Source: Candidatus Marinacidobacterales bacterium (lineage in GTDB: Bacteria; Acidobacteriota; Vicinamibacteria; Marinacidobacterales; SMYC01). From it: DNA of 64,000 nt. Shown piece by piece: positions 57,146 to 64,000 of this stretch (positions are counted from its first letter, which is position 1; each line of letters starts with the position of its first letter). Location of the stretch: positions 6,880,001-6,944,000 of the forward strand of contig OZ250169.1 in NCBI GenBank assembly GCA_965237955.1. Reading direction: 5' to 3'. Position numbers and translations under genes: made by a program. The notes under the pieces are model-generated. The model did not search any database. It worked only from the letters and a program-made list of their open reading frames with translations, and was not told where the DNA came from.

Positions 57146-57443
57146 ATCACCCAACTCGACCGCGTGGTCTGGCTAGCCGAAGAGGCGTGTAACTTTAGGT
57201 TCATGACGGAGAACAGCTCGTCCACAGAAGGGCTGATAGAACATGTCAAGAACCAAAGCGTCTCGGCAGAAACCCGATCGTCCCGTCGTCGGTATTCGAA
57301 TATCCGTCCGTGATCGGGAACGCCTCCGTAAGGTAGCAGAATCCCACGGCCACACTCTCTCGAGCTACGCGAGGTTCGTCCTCCGACAGCACGTAGATCG
57401 AGCGACAGCGCGTACTTAGTTTCCCGGTTCGGAGTCTTACACC

Positions 57444-57788
57444 ATGACCCGGGAATCTATACCCGTGCGCTATCTGCGCGAGAAAGACGTTCTACCTCGC
57501 GTAGGGGTGCACCGATCGACCTTGAGACGGTTGGAGTCGAATGGGGACTTCCCCCGCCGCCGCAAGCTCGGCCCCCGGATTACGGGTTGGATCGAGAGTG
57601 AAGTGAACGAGTGGCTTGCGAGCCGTCCTGTCGAACCGTGCCCGCCGCCTGTTGAAGCGATCGCCGGACGGAAGAAAAAGGCCGCACAACGTCGAGAAGT
57701 CGAGATGACTTTGAAATCGGGTTCATCGAGTGGACGGACCGCGCCGACGGTGGACGCAACGTCACCAAAGCAGAGCTGTTTGAGCTGA
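57444..57788 (+). CDS. AlpA-family phage regulator/excisionase
   Basis: YLREKDV..RVGVHRSTL.R...GDFP..RKLG....GW.ESEV.EWL. Confidence 0.85.
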   Translation: MTRESIPVRYLREKDVLPRVGVHRSTLRRLESNGDFPRRRKLGPRITGWIESEVNEWLASRPVEPCPPPVEAIAGRKKKAAQRREVEMTLKSGSSSGRTAPTVDATSPKQSCLS

Positions 57789-57830
57789 GTCTCGTCGCGG
57801 TCCCGTGCAATAGCTCTGCTCTACGTGTGG
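57701..57830 (+). pseudogene. HK97-type prohead protease remnant
   Basis: Manual translation EIGFIEWTDRADGGRNVTKAELFELSLVAVPCNSSA. Confidence 0.7.
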
Positions 57831-58292
57831 CTAGCGTCATGACCGCGAAGTCGAAGACCGAGCTACAGGTGCTCGTGAGCAGTGCTGTCCGCGACGGCAT
57901 GCGCGCATCGAAGCCTAAGCTCGTGTCCGTGCCCGAAGTGACCGCCATGATCGAAAACAGTTTCACGATGGGTTCGAGTCCGCCGCCATCGAATCAATTA
58001 TCAACGAGAGCGGTGCTTTGGATCGCGACGGTATTAAGGCAAACATACGTCGCGACCCGCTGGTGTTCGGTGCAATCGTCACCAACATCATGGCCGTTCA
58101 TCGGGAGAAAGCGGACGAGCTGGCGGCGCAGATCAACGATACTATTCGCGCGAAGGCGGCGCGCCTATCACTACGGAGACACGGAGCGTAGCAAAGCCGC
58201 AACCAAGTGGCCGCACCGGTTTCTCCGGGAGTAGTAGATGTAAGATAGTAAAAGGAGGAGAACGATGAGAGCAAAGACGGAGTATCGAAACG

Positions 58293-58922
58293 ATGCAATC
58301 TAGTCCGGCTGTGTTCAGGGTCGGTTTGGGCCTCGTCCTTGCTGCGGCGCTAGTGGTGCAAACCGGCCTGGCCAGGGCGCAGGAAGAGCAGGAAGAGAAG
58401 ATCCGGGAAACCTACCGGGCGCGCGCCACGTATTCGACCGGGTTCGGCACCAGAAAGCGGTTGACGATCAGCATCGACCGCTGGACGACCGACGAGGAGC
58501 ACAACCAGCTCATCACAACGCTCGTGGAGAAGGGGTCTGAGGATCTTCTCAAGGCGCTTCAGAAACAGGAAGTCGCGGGCTTCGTCGTATTCGCTACGCC
58601 CAGCCATCCGCCAGCCATCCGCTTGCGCTATGCCCGCGAGATCCGAGTGGAGGGCAAACGCATCATCCGACTGGCCACCGGTGAGCCCATCACTGCTTAT
58701 ACGCCATTTACTTCGGACCTTCCGGACCCTGATATTGCCGGTGATTTTGCGGTGAGCTTCCTGTTCAGCCTGATCCAGCTCCGCCTAGACGAAAACAACG
58801 AAGGGGACGGCACGTTGTGCTTGGCCGTCCAGGTGAAGTACGACAAGGAGAACGCCAAGCTTCTTGTGGAGAACTACTCGCCCGACCGCGTGCATCTCAC
58901 CCGGGTGACCAAGACCAATTGA
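58293..58922 (+). CDS. Hypothetical exported protein
   Basis: Signal peptide; ISIDRWTTDEE, LRYARE, FSLIQL.LDENNEG.G. Confidence 0.7.
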   Translation: MQSSPAVFRVGLGLVLAAALVVQTGLARAQEEQEEKIRETYRARATYSTGFGTRKRLTISIDRWTTDEEHNQLITTLVEKGSEDLLKALQKQEVAGFVVFATPSHPPAIRLRYAREIRVEGKRIIRLATGEPITAYTPFTSDLPDPDIAGDFAVSFLFSLIQLRLDENNEGDGTLCLAVQVKYDKENAKLLVENYSPDRVHLTRVTKTN

Positions 58923-59019
58923 CGTAATGGCCCCGCCTTTTTCCAGGCTAACCGTATGCACCGTACCGTCGACAAGTGCGAAGGACTCCCTGCACTCCCT
59001 CCTACTTCGTGCGGCGGAC

Positions 59020-59104
59020 GCTAAGGCGTCGAGTGCCTGGTGAGCGTTTCTTCCAGGACGGAATCCGTAAGACATTCCTCGAAATCCGCTTCGAAGATCG
59101 GCTC
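59020..59104 (-). pseudogene. ltrA: Group II intron reverse transcriptase remnant
   Basis: EPIFEADFEEC / SYGFRPGRNAHQALDAL (RT domain 2/2a motif), frameshifted. Confidence 0.75.
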
Positions 59105-59361
59105 CGGACGCGGTGTTGCATTGATGATGAGTGGTGACGGAGTGCGAGACCCTATAGCCGGGTCTCGATTCGTCAACCCCCCCTACCCCCCTTCCGGACG
59201 AGTCCACCTCTGACACGAAACGCAAGGCTAGTGCCGCGACGCGCCGCAGTAGTGCCACGGCTCGTAAGGTAAGCAATGGCGGTACCGCCAAAGCTAGTAA
59301 CGCGAAGGGTATAAGCAGTGGCGGAACCGCCAAAGCTAATAACGGGGCGTCTGCCGAACGC

Positions 59362-59832
59362 ATGGCTGTAGTCCGAGCCGCGCGTACAAGTCTCGGTGGT
59401 CGTCCGCGCGACTTCAAGAAGCCCAAGCCAGGATGGAACACCCGCAACGTCTCCCGCCTAGCGCGTGACGGTATCGAAGCCGCCGACATCATCACGACAC
59501 TCGAGATAGGTCCTGTGTTGCAGGCTAGTCCCGAGAAGCGCGCGCAGTTCGACGTCCTGGTTGCGAGCGGTCACGCCGAGTTTCGGATACGGCTTCAACG
59601 CTGGCTGCTGAAGTCCGCGAGCAAAGGCGGGTCCAACGCTATAAAAAGTCTGGCTGGGGTTTGGCTTGAGAAGTTTTCGGACATCGAGCGCAACATGTGG
59701 GACCAGAAAATCGCGGGTGCGACTGAGCGGATAATGGGGCTCATCGAGAAGCACAAGAAAGCGTACGCGCGTGACAGTACGGCGAGGGCGGCAAAACGGT
59801 CACGCGTGACCGATATAGGGACGCGGGTATGA
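59362..59832 (+). CDS. Hypothetical phage-like protein (possible terminase small subunit)
   Basis: Basic, GGRP motif, helical; inside att-bounded element. Confidence 0.4.
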   Translation: MAVVRAARTSLGGRPRDFKKPKPGWNTRNVSRLARDGIEAADIITTLEIGPVLQASPEKRAQFDVLVASGHAEFRIRLQRWLLKSASKGGSNAIKSLAGVWLEKFSDIERNMWDQKIAGATERIMGLIEKHKKAYARDSTARAAKRSRVTDIGTRV

Positions 59833-60047
59833 AGCGTAGCGTCCACACCCTAGAGCCCGACGAAGGCGGTACCTACCACCGCGCCCACTGCCGGCTATGT
59901 AGTCGTCCGTTCGTGCGTGTCCTACGAGCTGGTGCGCACATTCGGCATTTTTTGTTTTGCGACCGTTGCCGCGAACGAGCTGGGACGACTATCGAGGGCG
60001 GTACTGAGGCGACGAAGCCGTCCGAGCTTGAGTACATGACGGGCTAG
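59829..60047 (+). CDS. Small CxxC-CxxC zinc-finger protein
   Basis: CRLC...CDRC; ATGA overlap with upstream ORF. Confidence 0.55.
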   Translation: MKRSVHTLEPDEGGTYHRAHCRLCSRPFVRVLRAGAHIRHFLFCDRCRERAGTTIEGGTEATKPSELEYMTG

Positions 60048-60245
60048 CCGAATCGCTGTAAGTGACGCGTCTGCGGTGGTGGGTAACCCCTCAGTCGCCG
60101 TCGGAGTGCCCTTCTTGGGCATCCTCGTGCGTCGTTTTTCAAGAGCGCTAAGAAATCTAGTAACTTCTGAAACGATTGGCTCATTCTTTCACGGAGGATA
60201 AGTGCCGTCGGCTCGAATTCAGTTCGCCAGCCCTGACATCACGGG

Positions 60246-60665
60246 CTAACTACCGTCAAGTGAATCAAGAAGTAGGCTAACGGGCATGTGCGTCAACACA
60301 AGGATGACGATCGAAGCAAACGCTACTGCTAACCCAATGCCAAGAAACATCGCCGAGCCTAGTGTCTCCGTGCGCACCCGCTCCGTCCGAACCCACCTCC
60401 ACGTGACAAACGCCGCGAAGCCTCCTCCCACTGACCACACTAAGATCAGTAGCGGAAAGAGGCGGACAAACCAATTCGACGCTGCGATCGCGACCCTCGT
60501 CGGCAATGGGAGCTGCACGCCGAGTCCTGCCAATAGTGCGGCTTGCGCGGGTACGTACCACCGCAATAGCCAAATCAGAAATAAGACTGCCCAAAGACAG
60601 AAGAGCGCCGTCATTCCCAGCACTATGCGGTCCGCCCACGCGACTTCATTACCTGTTTCATTCAT
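60246..60665 (-). CDS. Hypothetical membrane protein
   Basis: Three hydrophobic segments; LG.QLPLPTR. Confidence 0.5.
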   Translation of the reverse strand: MNETGNEVAWADRIVLGMTALFCLWAVLFLIWLLRWYVPAQAALLAGLGVQLPLPTRVAIAASNWFVRLFPLLILVWSVGGGFAAFVTWRWVRTERVRTETLGSAMFLGIGLAVAFASIVILVLTHMPVSLLLDSLDGS

Positions 60666-60788
60666 GACGGGATTCCCTAGGTTTCCTCTCAGCTCTACCG
60701 CTGGCGACCGCATCCGCTACCAACCGCTTGGTATGCGCCCGTGGTGACCCACATGCACGAGTTCCCGAGGCGTGGTCTATTCTAGACT

Positions 60789-61315
60789 ATGGATTTGAAA
60801 AGTTTTTGGGACCTCACCGACTCCCTCGCTCTTTATGCGAGCGTCATCGCCACTGTGTCTCTCTTTTGGAACATTTACCTCGCGTATCGAGACCGGAGCG
60901 CCATCAAAGTGAAAGTTCGTGCGGTGTACGCCCGACCTGCCTCGAGCCCGGCCCCGACTCCGAAAAAAGCGTATTGAGCGTATGAGGTTACGATGTGGAC
61001 GATTTCAAGCTTCACGTGAGCGCCACTGCAATCAACATGGGCAGGAGACCCGTCACGCTTGTAGGCGTGGGCATGACATTTAACGATGGGCAGACTTTCG
61101 CAATCGATGCAGACCAGAAAGCAGTGCGGCTCGAAGAAAAAGACCGCAAAGTCTACCTCTTTCCAGTTGACCTAATCCAAAAACACGCAGAAGAGCAGGG
61201 CTGGAGTCTTCCGAAGGATATTCAGAGCGTGTGGGTGCGGGACGCCACTGACCGATTTTACAACGCCTCCTGGTGGCAACTCCGCAACATACGAAAGCCA
61301 ACCAAGTCTTCATGA
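60789..61315 (+). pseudogene. Membrane-anchored hypothetical gene split by frameshift/stop
   Basis: TM + RDRSAIKV fragment followed by out-of-frame NMGRRPVTL beta-domain. Confidence 0.5.
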
Positions 61316-61389
61316 AAACGAACTTCCGAGAACGCCACCCAGTTGCCCCCCAGCACCGCCACCCAATCCACGTAACGTATCGATTCATA

Positions 61390-61464
61390 TGGAGCCGACG
61401 GGCGGATTTGAACCGCCGACCTGCTGATTACGAATCAGCTGCTCTACCACTGAGCTACGTCGGC
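61390..61464 (-). tRNA. tRNA-Thr(CGT)
   Basis: GCCGACGTAGCTCAGTGGTAGAGCAGCTGATT-CGT-AATCAGCAGGTCGGCGGTTCAAATCCGCCCGTCGGCTCCA; full cloverleaf with CCA. Confidence 0.98.
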
Positions 61465-61503
61465 TTCGAACGAGGTGGGGCTCTTTGCGATGCGAGGTTT
61501 TCA

Positions 61504-61532
61504 AGCTTAGACTAGCGTTTCGTAAGTGTCAA
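61504..61532 (-). promoter_or_regulatory. sigma70 promoter of tRNA-Thr
   Basis: TTGACA-N17-TAAGCT. Confidence 0.7.
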
Positions 61533-61582
61533 CCTGCCTTTAGTTACGAGTCTCGCGGAACCCGCAAAACACCTTGAAGCCC

Positions 61583-61611
61583 TTGACAAGTGCTTTTCTA
61601 CGGTTTACCTT
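61583..61611 (+). promoter_or_regulatory. sigma70 promoter of basic protein gene
   Basis: TTGACA-N17-TACCTT. Confidence 0.6.
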
Positions 61612-61720
61612 GGGCCTACATCCTGTATGACAACTAAAAACGTGCGCCATATTTTGTGGAAGTGAGCCGCTTCGACGGTTCCCTTCTGATTACCAACCAA
61701 CATGAAGGGAGGTGAGTAGC

Positions 61721-61972
61721 ATGGCAAAAAGGAGACGTAGAAAATCATCTGCTGGCAGCGCGGCCGCGAAACAACTTCGTGCGGTCAAAAAGCGCATCAC
61801 GCGTCTAGAACGCAAGGCCAGGAAAGATGCTCAGGGCGCCATGAAAAAGGCGGAGAAGGAGATCCAGAAGATCAACAAGGGTCTACGGGCAGCCAAGAAG
61901 AAAATCGTGGCGGATCTGGCCAAGAGAAAGAAGAAAGCATCCAGAAAGAAAGCATCACGGCGGAAGAAGTAG
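61721..61972 (+). CDS. Small Lys/Arg-rich histone-like protein
   Basis: 37 of 83 residues K/R; strong RBS GGAGGTGA; own promoter and terminator. Confidence 0.75.
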   Translation: MAKRRRRKSSAGSAAAKQLRAVKKRITRLERKARKDAQGAMKKAEKEIQKINKGLRAAKKKIVADLAKRKKKASRKKASRRKK

Positions 61973-61994
61973 GACTTCCTCAAGGGTAACAAGA

Positions 61995-62027
61995 GGGGGT
62001 GAGGCATTCCTCACTCCCTTTTTTTTT
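61995..62027 (+). terminator. Intrinsic terminator
   Basis: GGGGGTGAGG-loop-CCTCACTCCC followed by long T-run. Confidence 0.85.
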
Positions 62028-62139
62028 GCTCGCACATCGAGTGTGAGCTCAGCCTCGTCGCGCCATGAAATAGCGCCCAACTGATTCAACAACATTCGCC
62101 GGTGTTCTTGCGCTACGATGCGTCGGTTCCGAACACGTC

Positions 62140-62419
62140 ATACAAGCCCCTGGAGTGCGTGTTCGCCCGGGTCACGAAAACGGTCTCGGCGGATCTAAAA
62201 ACCATTGTCGAGCCTTGTCAGCTCGGCGGCAACCCGGAGTGCTCGCAGTGCGGGTGTCTCGGGTCGATGGGACTCCACGCGGTCGCAGAACACCAGCTAC
62301 CACTCGGCATGAGGATCCGCCCCATCTTCAACGCGTCGGACGCGATCGGCAAAGCGGTGCGATGGGTTCGCGAGGCGGGGAGCGACCTCAGCTCGCGACC
62401 CACTCCGCCGCCGCCGTAA
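62140..62419 (+). pseudogene. Radical SAM protein C-terminal remnant
   Basis: CVFA..T..SADLKT..PCQLGGNPECSQCGC; no CxxxCxxC core upstream. Confidence 0.55.
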
Positions 62420-62470
62420 TCTCCGAAACGTCTGAGTACTTGATGCCGGCGGAGGTGAACGGCCAAACTC

Positions 62471-63145
62471 CTAGAACCATCTGAACGACGCACCGACGGA
62501 GAACTCGAAAGCTTTCGGCGACGACGTGCCCCCTGGAAACGTCAGGCCTTCGTTCGCCGTATGATAGCGGACGTCGGCACGCAGACCGATCCATTGCGGC
62601 GACGAGAACCAATACTTCAAGCCGCCACCCACGTTGAAATCGAGAGCCGACACGCGATCGATCCCCGCGATCGCCGCCACCGGCGTCGTTCGCGCGAGCC
62701 ACACACCCCCGGTGACATAGGGCGCGAAGTCTCCGATGGGGAATTGGTACACCACGTTCCCGCCGAAGTAGAGCTGATCGGAGCGAAACTGCTCGCCGAG
62801 AGCCACATTGCCGACCTCGAGGTCGTCGATGTCTAACGTGTACGCATTGCTCGAGCCCGACAGGTTGAACTCGGCGGCGAGGTTCGGCGTGAATCCCCAG
62901 CTCGCGCGAAAACCGTAGAGCTTGCCGAAACTGACGTCCGTGGCCGCGCCGGTGACGCTCTGATAGAGATTGGTCGCGGTTCCGAGCGACTGGTCCACGG
63001 TCATGCCGCCGACGAAGCCCGACACCTGGAGCCGCCCCGGCATGCCCCGCTGTCCAGGAGCGCTCGGGTTGACTTCGAATTGGGCGTGAGCGCCTGTCGC
63101 GATTGTCGCGAGCGCGGTCACAAACAAGAACACCGCACCCCTCAC
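62471..63145 (-). CDS. Outer-membrane beta-barrel protein
   Basis: Signal peptide, PYVTGG, FNVGGGLKYW, LRADVRY, terminal aromatic (FRWF). Confidence 0.85.
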   Translation of the reverse strand: MRGAVFLFVTALATIATGAHAQFEVNPSAPGQRGMPGRLQVSGFVGGMTVDQSLGTATNLYQSVTGAATDVSFGKLYGFRASWGFTPNLAAEFNLSGSSNAYTLDIDDLEVGNVALGEQFRSDQLYFGGNVVYQFPIGDFAPYVTGGVWLARTTPVAAIAGIDRVSALDFNVGGGLKYWFSSPQWIGLRADVRYHTANEGLTFPGGTSSPKAFEFSVGASFRWF

Positions 63146-64000
63146 CGTTCCACCTCCACGTCGATGCCGCGTGTCACCGTGGAGGGTGTCACCTCGACGG
63201 TCCCCATCTGGTAGATCGTATCGCTATAGTCGAGATCGGTTCCGAACTCGGGAAAGCCGAAATCCGGCGGAGACGCGGGATCGCTGATCGGGTTCACACG
63301 CACCGTGTGGGGGCCGGCCGACAGCCCTTCGATCTCGTAGTCGCCGTTGTCGTCCGCGAACGCTGCGATGGTCTCGCCCGTGAACGGGTTGAACGCGACA
63401 ATATGGGCGAAGGCCACGCCCTGTCCTCCTTTCGTCACCCGTCCCGCGAGAGAGCCGGTCAATTGAAGGAAGCCCCCGGCGGCGTAGAGGAGAGAAACAC
63501 CGGTCTCATCGTCGACGGTGAGCGTGCGCCCCTCGACGCTCCCGGGCCCGAAAGAAAGCGGGAACATGATGGCGGCGCCGGAGACGAGCCGGCGCTCGAA
63601 ACCCATGGACTCCATGAAGCCAATGTCGGAATGATCCTGGCCGAGAAAATGTCCGACCTCGTGCACCGCGACCGAGACAAAATCGAACGTGTTCGGTTCC
63701 CCGTTGGGGTCGACCGACCACACGAAGAGGTTACTGAAGAAAATGTCGGCTTCGAGAATCTCGCCGGTGAAGATATCGATCACCTGAAGCGTTGCTGCCA
63801 ACACACCCGGCTCTGCGAGGTCGGGGTCGGAAGTGAAACCGAGCGTGCTCTTGTCGTCGAAGAACTCGAACGGCTCGGCGTCGGTGAGACCCGCGAGCTC
63901 GAACGTGATCGTCGCCGTTTCCACCTCCCCCCAGGTCCGGAAAGACCGGTTGACCGCCTCGACCGCTTCGGGCAGAGAGAAGTCGAGCGGCTGCCGATCG
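63142..64000 (-). CDS. Matrixin (M10) metalloprotease with carboxypeptidase-regulatory-like domain (5' end outside window)
   Basis: EADIFF, HEVGHFLGQDHS zinc motif, Met-turn AIMFP, C-terminal Ig-like domain. Confidence 0.85.
   Translation of the reverse strand, partial: DRQPLDFSLPEAVEAVNRSFRTWGEVETATITFELAGLTDAEPFEFFDDKSTLGFTSDPDLAEPGVLAATLQVIDIFTGEILEADIFFSNLFVWSVDPNGEPNTFDFVSVAVHEVGHFLGQDHSDIGFMESMGFERRLVSGAAIMFPLSFGPGSVEGRTLTVDDETGVSLLYAAGGFLQLTGSLAGRVTKGGQGVAFAHIVAFNPFTGETIAAFADDNGDYEIEGLSAGPHTVRVNPISDPASPPDFGFPEFGTDLDYSDTIYQMGTVEVTPSTVTRGIDVEVER

Larger units (their letters stand above)
54392..61435. mobile_element. Decayed tRNA-Thr-integrated element (phage satellite/prophage remnant)
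   Basis: Direct-repeat att ends; AlpA, prohead protease remnant, small phage-like ORFs; no integrase visible. Confidence 0.7.

Noticed and set aside
60700-60775. Possible group II intron domain V/VI
   Set aside because: Catalytic triad stem does not pair convincingly, and it is on the opposite strand to the RT remnant.

Overview
GC-rich bacterial chromosome segment. Protein families (kinase/TolB C-terminal 'VVLNWFEELKRL' motif, DUF4388 proteins, PQQ propellers) suggest Acidobacteriota, probably Vicinamibacteria-like; this is inference. The left part (1-37 kb) is mostly housekeeping: a complex I operon nuoA-B-C-D-H-I-J-K-N lacking EFG and LM, icd, maeB, namZ, a CIRCE-controlled hsp20-groES-groEL operon, a DAACS transporter and tyrA. 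Interspersed are unusual genes: a PilZ/GIY-YIG-like fusion, a Ser/Thr kinase-J-domain-TPR fusion, and a coupled pair of a Zn-ribbon protein and a CorA-type (GMN) channel with an atypical N-terminal domain. The right part (37-62 kb) is a decaying accessory region with an IS5 (IS903-like), a 5'-truncated IS110, an intact ISL3 with an 8-bp target duplication, and many gene remnants. It also holds a ~7 kb integrase-less element bounded by tRNA-Thr(CGT) and a degenerate copy of its 3' half, carrying AlpA, a prohead-protease remnant and a group II intron RT remnant. All calls come from reading motifs by eye; no database searches were run.
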